The notes under the pieces were generated by a model. That model saw only the letters and a list, made by a program, of their open reading frames with translations. It was not told the DNA's origin and did no database searches. Source: Pseudomonadota bacterium (GTDB taxonomy: Bacteria > Pseudomonadota > Alphaproteobacteria > UBA6615). Taken from it: a stretch of 39,326 nucleotides of DNA. The stretch covers positions 1-39,326 of the forward strand of contig JAQCFD010000003.1 in assembly GCA_027618305.1 (NCBI GenBank), given 5' to 3'. Made by a program: the position numbers and the translations under genes. Each line of letters opens with the position of its first letter. The stretch's first letter is position 1. Positions 9,592 to 19,392 of the stretch are shown here, in pieces.

Positions 9592-9749
9592 TTCGGGAGT
9601 CTGCCTCCGTGGAACCGCACCGATCAATTTTTTTGATAACCCTGTTGTGGTCGACCTCCCGATACAGGCAAGATCATACTAACAAAATAAGAAAGAACCG
9701 CCTACGTGGGGGAAATCCAACAGCGGATACCAAACCAGGGAGTATCAAA

Positions 9750-10781
9750 ATGAAAGCGAAACTACTGACAGGCATCGTTGCCGTTGCCGGCCTCATGGCG
9801 ATTGGCAGCAATGTAAACACCGCACACGCGGCCACGCTGGACGATGTCCGCGCCGCCGGCGAATAGAAATGCGGCATCAACACGGGCCTTCCCGGCTTTG
9901 CGTATACCGATGACAAGGGCAACTGGACCGGCTTCGACGTCGCCTATTGCCGCGCGCTCGCCGGCGCCGTGCTCGGCGATCCGAACAAGGTGAAATGGGT
10001 CAACCTGACCGGCAAGAACCGTTTCCCGGCGCTGACCTCGGGCGAGATCGATGTGCTGTCGCGCAACACGACATGGACCTTCTCGCGCGATGTCGATCTG
10101 GGCTTTACCTTCGTCGGTGTGAACTATTACGACGGCCAGGGCTTCATCGGCCGGACTGCATTGGGCGCGAAAAGCCTGAAGGAGCTCGATGGCGCCTCCA
10201 TCTGCATCCAGACGGGCACGACCACCCAGCTCAATCTGGCGGATTATTTCCGGTCCAACTCGATCAGCTACGAACCCGTACCGATCGAAACCAACGAAGA
10301 GGCCCGCAAGGCGTATGAAGCCGAACGTTGCGACGCCTACACCACGGACGCATCGGGCCTCGCGGCCACACGTTCGACCTTCCCGGACGCCCAGGCGCAT
10401 ATGATTTTCCCGGAGATCATCTCCAAGGAACCTCTGGGACCGCTGGTGCGCCAGGGTGATGATCAGTGGGCGGACATCGCGCGCTGGACCCTCAATGCGC
10501 TGATCAACGCCGAGGAGATGGGCATTACCCAGGCCAATGTCGATGAACTCGCCAAGGGCACCGACAATCCGGAAATCAACCGTATGCTCGGCGCCGAAGG
10601 TTCGCTGGCCGAAATGCTTGGGCTGGATAAGGCCTGGGCGGTCAACGCGATCAAGGCCGAAGGCAATTACAGTGAGATTTTCGAGCGCTACCTCGGAAAG
10701 AGCACACCACTGGCTCTTGAGCGCGGGCTCAATGCCCTGTGGAAAGACGGCGGCATCCTCTACGCCCCGCCGATGCGATAG
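9750..10781 (+). pseudogene. aapJ: General L-amino-acid ABC transporter substrate-binding protein AapJ/BztA interrupted by in-frame TAG at 9864-9866
   Basis: RBS, ATG 9750, signal peptide, TLDDVRAAGE*KCGINTGLPGF...GFDVAYCRA...RNTTWT...YYDGQGF...ISKEPLGP...YAPPMR. One continuous frame of 343 codons. Confidence 0.9.
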
Positions 10782-10790
10782 GCAACGTAT

Positions 10791-10827
10791 GAAGGCTCGC
10801 GGGAAACCGCGGGCCTTCTTCGTTTTG
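10791..10827 (+). terminator. Stem-loop after aapJ (partial terminator or mRNA stabiliser)
   Basis: gaaggctcgcgg-gaaa-ccgcgggccttc followed by ttcgtttt. Confidence 0.65.
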
Positions 10828-10852
10828 ACCTGACAGCAACGGGCAGACTTTC

Positions 10853-12043
10853 GTGACGCAGACCACACCGACCGACAATGACGGACGGTTCGAATTTCGC
10901 CGGATCCTGACCGACGAACGCAGCCGCGGGATCGTTATCCAGATCGCCGTCGTGCTGGCGATTGCGGCATTTATTGCGTTCATCACATTCAACACGATCA
11001 CGAACCTGAAGAGCGCCGGGCTGGCGACGGGATTCGGGTTCCTGGCCGATCCGGCATTCTTCGACATCAACCAGCCCCTGATCGAATACACATCGCAATC
11101 TTCCTTCGCGCGCGCCCTGCTCGTCGGCCTTCTCAACACGATCATGGTGTCGGTACTCGGCATCGTTGCGGCGACCCTGATCGGGTTCATGGCCGGTGTC
11201 CTGCGCCTGTCCGACAACTGGCTTATCAGCCGTCTGGTGACGTCTTATGTCGAGTTCACCCGCAATGTACCGGTTCTGTTGCAGATCATTTTCTGGTGGG
11301 CGCTGCTGACAGGCCTGCCCAAGGTCCGCGACTCGCTCTCGATCGGCGATGTGGCGTTTCTCAACAACCGCGGCCTGCGGATGCCGGCACCGATCACGGA
11401 GCCCGGCTTCCTGTGGGTTGCCATCGCATTCTTTCTCGGCATCCTCGGCGCCATCCTGGTAAGCCGCTGGGCGCGCAAGCGCCAGGACCTTACGGGCCAG
11501 ATATTCCCGGCGGGCTGGGTGAGCCTCGGGCTCATTATCAGCCTCCCGCTTCTCGTTCACATCGCGCTGGGACAGCCGCTCGGCTGGGAGATTCCCCGAC
11601 GCACGCGCTTCAACTTCCAAGGCGGCATCAACCTGACGCCGGAACTGATCGCGCTCTGGCTGGCGCTCGCGACCTACACCGGCGCCTTCATTTCCGAGAT
11701 TGTGCGCGCGGGCATTCTGTCGGTCAGCCGCGGCCAGAGCGAAGCGGCCTTCGCGCTGGGCCTGCGCCCCAACCTGACGATGCGCAAGATCATCTTGCCC
11801 CAGGCCCTGCGGGTGATCATTCCGCCGCTCACCAGCCAGTATCTCAATCTGACCAAGAACTCGTCTCTGGCCATCGTCATTGGCTTCCAGGACCTGGTCT
11901 CGATCGGCGGATCGATTCTCAACCAGTCAGGCCATTCGCTCGAGATTGTCGGGATATGGATGGCGATCTATCTGTCCCTGAGCCTGGCGACCTCCGCCTA
12001 TATGAACTGGTACAACAAGCGTATCGCACTGGTGGAGCGCTAG
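10853..12043 (+). CDS. aapQ: Amino-acid ABC transporter permease AapQ/BztB
   Basis: GLLNTIMVS, YVEFTRNVPVLLQ, EIVRAGI..VSRGQSEAA, YLNLTKNSSLA, NWYN.RIALVER. Confidence 0.92.
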   Translation: MTQTTPTDNDGRFEFRRILTDERSRGIVIQIAVVLAIAAFIAFITFNTITNLKSAGLATGFGFLADPAFFDINQPLIEYTSQSSFARALLVGLLNTIMVSVLGIVAATLIGFMAGVLRLSDNWLISRLVTSYVEFTRNVPVLLQIIFWWALLTGLPKVRDSLSIGDVAFLNNRGLRMPAPITEPGFLWVAIAFFLGILGAILVSRWARKRQDLTGQIFPAGWVSLGLIISLPLLVHIALGQPLGWEIPRRTRFNFQGGINLTPELIALWLALATYTGAFISEIVRAGILSVSRGQSEAAFALGLRPNLTMRKIILPQALRVIIPPLTSQYLNLTKNSSLAIVIGFQDLVSIGGSILNQSGHSLEIVGIWMAIYLSLSLATSAYMNWYNKRIALVER

Positions 12044-12046
12044 GCG

Positions 12047-13153
12047 ATGCACGAACCCTTCCACAGAACCCACGAAGAGATGCTTCCTGAGCGCCCCGCC
12101 CCGCTGGCGAGCGTCGGGCTTGTCGGTTGGCTGCGTGCGAGCCTTTTTTCGAGCCTGTCCAACACGATCCTGACCCTCGTCGCACTCTACATCCTGTGGC
12201 TCGCGGTCCCCACCTTCCTCGATTGGGCATTCTTCAGCGGCCAGCTTGCGGGCGAAGACCGGTTTTCCTGCGGCAACCACGGTGCCTGCTGGGCCTGGAT
12301 CGATCAGCGCATCGGTCAGTTTCTCTATGGCTTCTACCCGTCGGACGAGACCTGGCGGATCAACATCGCCTTCCTCCTGCTGTTCCCCGCACTGGCGCCA
12401 TGGTTGATGGACAATGTGCCGGGCAAGGCGCATCTGCGCTGGTTCTCCGTCATCTACCCGTTCATCGCGGTGTACCTGCTCGTCGGTGGCTTCGGGCTCG
12501 AAGAGGTGACGACCGACAAGCTCGGTGGCTTCAGCCTCAACCTCGTGGTCGGCCTTGCGGGTATCGTCCTCTCATTGCCGATCGGCATCCTGCTGGCGCT
12601 CGGCCGCCAGTCGCGCCTGCCCCTGATCCGCTGGTTCTCGATTATCTTTATCGAGGTGGTTCGGGGCGTCCCCCTGATCACGCTCCTGTTCGTCTCGAAC
12701 ATCATCCTTCCGATCTTCCTTCCCGCCGACGTGGCGCTGGACTCGGTGATCCGCGTGATCGTAATGGTGACGGCCTTCGCCTCGGCCTATATGGCGGAAG
12801 TCATCCGCGGCGGCCTGCAGGCGATCCCCAACGGCCAGTATGAAGCCGCCCAGGCCATGGGGCTGAACTATTGGAAATCCATGCGCCTGATTATCCTGCC
12901 TCAGGCCCTGAAGATTTCGATCCCGGGTATCGTCAACACCTTCATCGGCCTGTTCAAGGACACCACGCTGGTGATCGTGATCGGCCTGTTTGATATCCTG
13001 GGCATCGCCAATGCCATGGTCTCGAATGCCGACTGGCTCGGGCTTTCGTCCGAGACCTACGTCTTTGTGTCCTTCTTCTTCTTCGTGGTCTGCTTTGCCA
13101 TGTCGCGCTATTCGATGCGCCTGGAAAGCAAACTCGACACCGACAAACGCTGA
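12047..13153 (+). CDS. aapM: Amino-acid ABC transporter permease AapM/BztC
   Basis: GACW, IEVVRGVPLITLLF, AYMAEVIRGGLQAIP.GQYEAA, FIGLFKDTTLV. Confidence 0.92.
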   Translation: MHEPFHRTHEEMLPERPAPLASVGLVGWLRASLFSSLSNTILTLVALYILWLAVPTFLDWAFFSGQLAGEDRFSCGNHGACWAWIDQRIGQFLYGFYPSDETWRINIAFLLLFPALAPWLMDNVPGKAHLRWFSVIYPFIAVYLLVGGFGLEEVTTDKLGGFSLNLVVGLAGIVLSLPIGILLALGRQSRLPLIRWFSIIFIEVVRGVPLITLLFVSNIILPIFLPADVALDSVIRVIVMVTAFASAYMAEVIRGGLQAIPNGQYEAAQAMGLNYWKSMRLIILPQALKISIPGIVNTFIGLFKDTTLVIVIGLFDILGIANAMVSNADWLGLSSETYVFVSFFFFVVCFAMSRYSMRLESKLDTDKR

Positions 13154-13165
13154 CCGGAGGGCCCG

Positions 13166-13930
13166 ATGTCCGCAACCGACCAAGCCGTGAACGAGGCGCC
13201 CGTCATTGAAATCGAGGGCCTGAACAAGTGGTACGGCGCATTTCATGTCCTGCGCGACATCAACCTGTCGGTCGATCAGAGCGAGCGGATCGTCATCTGC
13301 GGCCCGTCGGGCAGCGGCAAATCCACCCTGATCCGCTGCATCAACCGGCTCGAGGAACATCAGGAAGGCCGCATCGTCGTCAACGGCACCCGCCTGACCA
13401 ACGATCTCAAGCAGATCGACACGATCCGGCGCGAGGTCGGCATGGTGTTTCAGTCGTTCAATCTGTTCCCCCACCTCACCGTGCTGGAAAACTGCACCCT
13501 GGCCCCGATCTGGGTTCGCAAAACCCCCAAGGCCGAGGCCGAGGCGGTTGCGATGGAGTATCTCGAGCGGGTCAAAATCCCCGAGCAGGCGTCGAAATTC
13601 CCGGGCCAGCTGTCGGGCGGCCAGCAGCAACGTGTCGCCATTGCACGCTCCCTGTGCATGAAGCCCAAGATCATGCTGTTCGATGAACCGACCTCGGCAC
13701 TCGACCCTGAGATGATCAAGGAAGTGCTCGACGTGATGGTCGACCTGGCGGACACGGGCATGACCATGCTGGTTGTCACCCATGAAATGGGCTTTGCATC
13801 GCAGGTCGCCGACCGGGTCATTTTCATGGACGAAGGCCAGATCGTGGAGCAGAACAATCCCGATGAATTCTTCAACAATCCGAAGTCGGAGCGGACCAAG
13901 CTGTTCCTGAGCCAAATCCTGAGTCACTGA
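13166..13930 (+). CDS. aapP: Amino-acid ABC transporter ATP-binding protein AapP/BztD
   Basis: [38 protein letters not shown]. Confidence 0.94.
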   Translation: MSATDQAVNEAPVIEIEGLNKWYGAFHVLRDINLSVDQSERIVICGPSGSGKSTLIRCINRLEEHQEGRIVVNGTRLTNDLKQIDTIRREVGMVFQSFNLFPHLTVLENCTLAPIWVRKTPKAEAEAVAMEYLERVKIPEQASKFPGQLSGGQQQRVAIARSLCMKPKIMLFDEPTSALDPEMIKEVLDVMVDLADTGMTMLVVTHEMGFASQVADRVIFMDEGQIVEQNNPDEFFNNPKSERTKLFLSQILSH

Positions 13931-13963
13931 CGCCGCGGCGCGAGCGAAGGTTTGCGGAGACCC

Positions 13964-14016
13964 CGTCCTTCGACAGGCTCAGGACGAGGCCCTCATACTG
14001 AGCCTGTCGAAATATG
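13964..14016. repeat. REP-like doublet, same family as 2465-2532
   Basis: 13964-13989 (reverse complement cctcgtcctgagcctgtcgaaggacg) and 13991-14016 cctcatactgagcctgtcgaaatatg, separated by 1 nt. Confidence 0.82.
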
Positions 14017-14052
14017 CGGGCCGTCGCCCCAAATCTTTCAAGTAGATATTCA

Positions 14053-14979
14053 ATGTTCGAAACATTTCTCGCGCTCGCGCCCGTCTTTCTGCTGATCGCC
14101 ATCGGCTGGGCACTGAAGGCCCTGTGGCTGCGCGACGAGGCGATGTGGCGTCCGGCGGAAAAACTCGCCTACTTCGTGCTGATTCCAGCGCTGGTTGTCC
14201 ATGATTTGTACAACGCGGATCTCGCATCCCTGCCCTTCTCGCGCATGGTCATCGCGCTTCTGGGGGCCGTGATCATCGTCGCCCTGGCCCTGCTGGCCCT
14301 GCGCCCCCTGTTATCGAAGATCCTGGTCGAGGGGGACGCGAGCTTCACCTCCGTTTTCCAGGGCTCGATCCGGGCCAACTTCTTCATCACCCTTGCCGCC
14401 GCACCGGCGCTTCTGCCGGCGGATGGGGCGGCATTGGTCATCATCGCCGTCGCATTTTTCACGGTTACGGCAAACATCCTCAGTGTATTGGTGCTGGCGC
14501 GCTGGGGCCGCGACGGCAAGGCGGATCTCGGCGCCCTGATCAAACGCCTCGCGACCAATCCATTCATCGTCGCCACCCTGGTCGGGATCGCCGTCAACCT
14601 GTCCGCAGTACCAGTACCCCGGGTCGTGGATTCCACCTTCGCCCTGCTCGCCGCGGCCGGGTTGCCCCTGGCGCTGCTGACGGCGGGTGCGGGCCTTCGG
14701 CTTGCAACGGTTGGGGTGCATTTGCCGGGGATATTCATCGCCAGCCTCGGCAAGCTTTTGATCCTCCCGGCCGTGGCCGTGGGGCTCGGGACGCTGCTCG
14801 GCCTCGAAGCCTCGGTGGTCGCCATGCTGGTGCTGTTCCACAGCCAACCCACCGCCATCACGTCCTATGTGCTGGCCAGGCAGATGGGGGGCGATCATGA
14901 GCTGATGGCGGGCATCCTGACGACCCAGACATTGCTGGCCGTTTTCACCGTTCCGGTCATGCTGGCGATGTTCACATAG
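14053..14979 (+). CDS. AEC (auxin efflux carrier) family transporter
   Basis: PVFLLIAIGW, YFVLIPAL, FQGSIRAN, NPFIVA, PTAITSYVLARQMGGD; about 10 hydrophobic segments. Confidence 0.9.
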   Translation: MFETFLALAPVFLLIAIGWALKALWLRDEAMWRPAEKLAYFVLIPALVVHDLYNADLASLPFSRMVIALLGAVIIVALALLALRPLLSKILVEGDASFTSVFQGSIRANFFITLAAAPALLPADGAALVIIAVAFFTVTANILSVLVLARWGRDGKADLGALIKRLATNPFIVATLVGIAVNLSAVPVPRVVDSTFALLAAAGLPLALLTAGAGLRLATVGVHLPGIFIASLGKLLILPAVAVGLGTLLGLEASVVAMLVLFHSQPTAITSYVLARQMGGDHELMAGILTTQTLLAVFTVPVMLAMFT

Positions 14980-15027
14980 ATTTATGGCGGTTTGTGACGG
15001 GACCCAAAGCGCGCGCCCGCGAACGCC

Positions 15028-15055
15028 TTGCCTGACAGTCTCAGACGGCTACACT
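15028..15055 (+). promoter_or_regulatory. Possible sigma70 promoter for VOC gene
   Basis: TTGCCT, 16-nt spacer, TACACT. Confidence 0.35.
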
Positions 15056-15102
15056 CGCACCTGGACGTGACAGAATCCCATATTCAGCAAAGTGGCGATG
15101 CC

Positions 15103-15546
15103 ATGAAAATTGAAACCATCGACCATATCGGCATCCGCGTCGCGGACCTCGACCGCGCCCTGGCCTTCTACACGCTGTTCGGATTCAAGCAGATCGGGAA
15201 AGCGGGAAACGATCCTGTTGCCGTGGTCATGAACGACGCCGGGGTCGAACTGAACCTGGTCTTCAACGCCAACGACGACAATGGTGGCGACAATATTCTG
15301 ATGGATGGGGACACGAAATATCCCGGCTTTACCCATGTGGCGTTTCGCGTCGATTCCATCGCCGGCAGCATCCGACTGCTGAACGAAAACAACATCGAGA
15401 TCACACAAGGGCCCGTGAAATTCGGGCGCGGCGGGCATGTGTCCGTCTTCCTGCGTGACCCCGACCGCAACACCATCGAACTGCGCGGCCGCGAGGAGGA
15501 TCTATCCGATCTCGGCGGCGTTGAATCCTACGAAAACGAAAATTGA
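15103..15546 (+). CDS. VOC/glyoxalase family protein
   Basis: IDHIGIRV.D..RA..FY, FTHVAF.V, SVFLRDPDRNTIEL. Confidence 0.9.
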   Translation: MKIETIDHIGIRVADLDRALAFYTLFGFKQIGKAGNDPVAVVMNDAGVELNLVFNANDDNGGDNILMDGDTKYPGFTHVAFRVDSIAGSIRLLNENNIEITQGPVKFGRGGHVSVFLRDPDRNTIELRGREEDLSDLGGVESYENEN

Positions 15547-15573
15547 GAATCCTGACCCTTCCGCGACGGCTAT

Positions 15574-16231
15574 TCAGTCCACGGTAACAGCAGCAAGAAA
15601 TGTCGAGCCGGCGAATTCCTGATCGGTCAGGCGCCGACGATTCGGACGACCGGGCCACGGGTCGCGGACAATAATGTTCTGCAATTGATAATTGCCGAAA
15701 TTGTCCTCGACCCATTCCATCGCCGTCATCAGAGTTGCGTGCCCCAGCGCACCATTGATGAGCGGCGTATCATTTGCCAGAAACCATGACGCCTGCTCAA
15801 GCGCTGCCGGATTCACAATCCCGAACTGCAAATCCGCCAAAACCTGGGCGGATGCGTAGAATTCGTTCCCATTACGGTCCTGCCATTGTCCCTCGATCGC
15901 CGACACAATTCCCGGGCCTGCCGCTGGTTCGCAGATGAATTGATTGCCATAGAGCTTCTCGACGATCGCCTCCTGCGGCACATCGAACCCCGCGATGCCA
16001 AAGGCCGCCTCGATGCAAGCAGCCCAGCACCATTGGTCACAGTTTTTGGCCTACCACCTGTCCCACATTGACGCCGACCGCACATTCGCGGGCCAAACCA
16101 GCGCCGTAGGGTACCCAGGGACCACAACTTCCGGCAGCAGCAGCTTCATTCGAGACCATGCCCATACCACCCATCGCCGCGAGAGACGCCGCCCCCACAC
16201 TTCGAATAAACTGTCGTCTCGACATCTCCAT
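15574..16231 (-). pseudogene. Tat-signal papain-like cysteine protease (C39/AvrRpt2-like fold), split by a 1-nt frameshift at or near the A5 run 16047-16043
   Basis: N-terminal MSRRQFIRSVGAASLAA twin-arginine signal. Removing one A gives GQNCDQWCWAACIEAAFGIAGFDVPQEAIV, which joins the 15574-15981 ORF carrying GHA and VRDPWP. Confidence 0.78.
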
Positions 16232-16424
16232 AGAACAATCCTAGGTTATATTCGTTTGTCTATAAACAATTTTACGTGGCATTTTTCGCAGCTGCAAATA
16301 TTCGATTTTTCACACCACAGTTAGAAAATTCGGACCGCAGCGAACGCTCTCTTGCATTACGGTCCGATCTCCACCAGCTTACGCGCCAAAGCCTGGATAT
16401 CGGGCGATTGAGAAAGGTTTCAAC

Positions 16425-17129
16425 ATGCAGCTGATCGATCTGAGTGGCGAGATTTTCCACAAGTGCCCAACGCTGGCGAACCATCCGCCGGCGGTGATCA
16501 CCGACTGGAACACCCATGACACCTACCGCGAGGCCGAGGGGGTCAGATTCTCGATCGCGTCCAAGTTCATGTCCTTCGGTGAACACACCGGCAGCCATGT
16601 GGACGCGCCGGTGCATTTCGACGCCGACCCGAACGCGTTGTCCGTCGATCAGATGCCTCTGGAGGATTTCTACACCGATGCCGTCTGCCTCGACCTGTCC
16701 CACAAGGAACTAAAGAGCCGGATCACGGTCGAAGACCTCGAGGCCGCCGAGAAGGCCGCGGGCATCGAGATTCGGCCGCGCGATACGGTGTTTCTTTATA
16801 TGGCCCATTACGACCGGACCTTTGGCACGCCGGAATTCCTCACGGATTTCCCGGGCCTGACCAAGGAATCCGCCGAATGGCTGGGTGCCAAGGGGATCGT
16901 CATGTTCGGCGTCGAGGCCGTGAGCCCGGGCCGCCCCGGCAAGGATAATTTCGAGGTGCATCTGGTATGCCGCGACATGGGCTTCACCCATATGGAAGGG
17001 CTCACCAACCTCGATAAGGTCGTCGGCAAGGGGCGGTTCCGCTTTATCGGGTTTCCGCTGAAGATTCGCGGCGGGACGGGAAGCCCCATCCGCGCCGTCG
17101 CCGTCCTTGGCGAGAATAGCGCCGAATAG
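16425..17129 (+). CDS. Cyclase family metal-dependent hydrolase (kynurenine formamidase/isatin hydrolase-like)
   Basis: IDLS, EHTGSHVDAPVHF, H..EGL.NL, PLKI.GGTGSPIRAVA. Confidence 0.9.
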   Translation: MQLIDLSGEIFHKCPTLANHPPAVITDWNTHDTYREAEGVRFSIASKFMSFGEHTGSHVDAPVHFDADPNALSVDQMPLEDFYTDAVCLDLSHKELKSRITVEDLEAAEKAAGIEIRPRDTVFLYMAHYDRTFGTPEFLTDFPGLTKESAEWLGAKGIVMFGVEAVSPGRPGKDNFEVHLVCRDMGFTHMEGLTNLDKVVGKGRFRFIGFPLKIRGGTGSPIRAVAVLGENSAE

Positions 17130-17132
17130 CCC

Positions 17133-17870
17133 CTATTCGGCGGTCAGGCCTCCGTCGACGGCAATCACCTGCCCCGTCAGCGAGGGTCCGGCGCTCGCCA
17201 GGTAGAGCACGGCGTCGGCAATCTCCTGCGCGGCGGGGAAATCACCCGTGGGAATGCGCGCCTGCATGCGTGCGCGATGGTCGGGGTCTTGCAGGAGGAC
17301 CTGACGAGATTCCGTCATCACGGTCCCCGGTGCGACAGCATTCACGCGAATGCCCGCCTTGGCCCACTCGATGGCCAGCATGCGGGTCATCTGAATCAGC
17401 CCGCCCTTGGAAATGCCGTAGACCGAGCGACCCGCAAATCCGGTCATCCCGTGGGTCGATGCGATATTGACGACCGAGCCGGGCTTTCCCGCATCCATGC
17501 AATGTTCGGCGAGGCGCGCGGCCGCGAAATAGGCGCCCTTGAGATTGATGCCGATGACCGAATCCCACTCCTCCCAGGTGACGTCGACCGCCTGCTGCAG
17601 GAGCGTGCGACCGGCATTGTTTACGAGGGTGTCGAGCCCGCCCAGACCATCAATGGCCGCCGCGACCCCGTCACGGATACTCGCTTCGGACTCGAGCTCG
17701 ATTTCGACAGGCATGGCCGTCACACCGGACAGATCCGGGTGGGTCATCACCTCGTCCAGCAGCCCGATTTCGCGGTCCGCGAGCGCCACGTCGTAGCCGG
17801 CGCGGGCCAGGGTGAGTGCCGTTTCCCGGCCCAGGCCGGTTGACGCACCGGTTACAAGTGCCTTGCTCAT
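17133..17870 (-). CDS. SDR family NAD(P)-dependent oxidoreductase
   Basis: TGASTGLG, LVNNAG, NIAS, YGISK (YxxxK), VDGG. ATG 17870 overlaps the cupin stop (ATGA). Confidence 0.92.
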   Translation of the reverse strand: MSKALVTGASTGLGRETALTLARAGYDVALADREIGLLDEVMTHPDLSGVTAMPVEIELESEASIRDGVAAAIDGLGGLDTLVNNAGRTLLQQAVDVTWEEWDSVIGINLKGAYFAAARLAEHCMDAGKPGSVVNIASTHGMTGFAGRSVYGISKGGLIQMTRMLAIEWAKAGIRVNAVAPGTVMTESRQVLLQDPDHRARMQARIPTGDFPAAQEIADAVLYLASAGPSLTGQVIAVDGGLTAE

Positions 17871-18406
17871 GCCGACACCTTCAGGTCGCCGGCCGCGTCG
17901 CGTGCGAGGCCGGTCTCGGACGCCGCATCGGTGATCGTCGGATGCCATTCGACACGCCCGGCCTCAGGACCGCCGATGATTGTTAGCAATGTTCCGGTGC
18001 CCTCGCCGACATGACGGAAGCCGCGATAAACGCCCATGGGCACACTGATCGAATCGAACGGCTCAAGTGTAACCGCGTTTTCGCCGTCGTCGGTCGCCCA
18101 ATAGACCTCCCACGGCCCGATCAGCGGCATGAAGACTTCTTCGGTCTCATGGGAATGCAGGGCGGCGCCGTTGCCCTTCTCGGCCTGGATCATGCCGAGG
18201 TTGAAACCTTTGGCCGGCAACGGGATGTTCGGGCGGAGCTCCGGCTTGTCCGTGGCCTCGACCACGCCCATGCCGACGATGTTGATCTTGAAGCGCTTGT
18301 GCCCCGGGAGACGGCTGTCGACAAACGCCTCGTCCGACCCTGTCAGCTTGGAAAACCGTGCGACAAAGGCTTCCATTTCCGTGACCGAAAGATTGTTGAC
18401 GTCCAT
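17867..18406 (-). CDS. Cupin domain protein
   Basis: GAALHSHETEEVF motif 1 and DSISVPMGVYRGF motif 2; AGGAG RBS. Confidence 0.85.
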   Translation of the reverse strand: MDVNNLSVTEMEAFVARFSKLTGSDEAFVDSRLPGHKRFKINIVGMGVVEATDKPELRPNIPLPAKGFNLGMIQAEKGNGAALHSHETEEVFMPLIGPWEVYWATDDGENAVTLEPFDSISVPMGVYRGFRHVGEGTGTLLTIIGGPEAGRVEWHPTITDAASETGLARDAAGDLKVSA

Positions 18407-18435
18407 CGGGTGTCTCCTGATTTGAGCAGTACTGT

Positions 18436-19380
18436 CTAGGATGCGGCGGCCTCGGCGACCTTCTTCTCATGCACGGCCAGACCGGCGCGCGCCGCCAACA
18501 GGATCGGCGTGTGCAGCCCGGCGGCCTGAGCGCGGTCAACCATATCGCCGATGATGTGATCGCCCTCGGTGCGGTTTCCGGCCAGCACGTCGCGCAGCAT
18601 CGACGAGGCAAACTTCGAGCCCTGGGTCGAGAACATCTTCTCATAGGTCGCGATGACCTTCTCGGAGACCGTATGACCCAGCGCATCGGCCGTGTCCCGG
18701 CATTCGGCGAGCGCCGCCGTCAGGAACTCGGGACCGGACGGGGTATCGAGAATCTCGCCCACCAAACCGCGGGTCAGTGTGTTGACCGACGACATGGCGC
18801 ACAGCATGGCGAATTTGTCCCACATCACCTGGGAGACATTCGGGCTCGGATCGATGTCGAACTTGACCTTGTCATTGAGCGCTGCGAAGGCCTCGACCCG
18901 CGCCGACATGCCGCCCGCCATCTCGCCATAGGCGATACGGTGGAAGTCTCCGAAATGGGTGATGTCGCCGGTCTCCGGATCGCGCTTGGCGCCGATATAG
19001 CAGGTGCCGCCGAGCACCTTGTCGTCGCCGAACCGCGCCTGCATCAGATCGATCTGTTTCATGCCGTTCAGCAGCGGCAGGATCGTGGTCTGCGCCCCAA
19101 CGGCCGGTGCGATCACATCCATCGCCGCGCCGAGATCGTAGGCCTTGCAGGCCACGATAATCAGGTCGAACTCACCCGATAATTGATCGGCGGTCGCGGC
19201 GTTTACCGGGACCGTGAAATCGTCGAAGAAATCGCTGTGCACGATCAGGCCGCGTTCGGCGAGCTGGGCCTGCCGGTGCGGCCGCACCAGGAAGGTCACA
19301 TCGCAACCGGCTTCGGCCAGGCGACCGCCGAAATAGGCGCCGACGCCGCCGGCGCCGAACACAAGAATGCGCATACTCAT
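18436..19380 (-). CDS. Ketopantoate reductase (ApbA/PanE) family 2-hydroxyacid reductase
   Basis: GAGGVG, CKAYD, LLNG, WDKF, SSMLRD, RTE. Confidence 0.9.
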   Translation of the reverse strand: MSMRILVFGAGGVGAYFGGRLAEAGCDVTFLVRPHRQAQLAERGLIVHSDFFDDFTVPVNAATADQLSGEFDLIIVACKAYDLGAAMDVIAPAVGAQTTILPLLNGMKQIDLMQARFGDDKVLGGTCYIGAKRDPETGDITHFGDFHRIAYGEMAGGMSARVEAFAALNDKVKFDIDPSPNVSQVMWDKFAMLCAMSSVNTLTRGLVGEILDTPSGPEFLTAALAECRDTADALGHTVSEKVIATYEKMFSTQGSKFASSMLRDVLAGNRTEGDHIIGDMVDRAQAAGLHTPILLAARAGLAVHEKKVAEAAAS

Positions 19381-19392
19381 GACAGTAATTTC

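Noticed and set aside
9864-9866. Genome-wide stop-codon reassignment (TAG or TAA read as sense)
   Set aside because: TAG correctly ends glcE, glcF, aapJ and aapQ, and TAA ends the 2OG oxygenase and wzy at expected lengths. The two internal stops differ from each other and replace different residues.
1218-13927. Long antisense or alternate-frame ORFs (e.g. 1218-2438, 3970-5307, 6345-7517, 9762-10868, 12572-13927)
   Set aside because: Shadow ORFs of high-GC codon bias overlapping well-supported genes, with no recognisable motifs.
2465-14016. CRISPR array from the recurring ~26-bp palindromes
   Set aside because: Only doublets, inverted rather than direct, with no spacer series and no cas genes.
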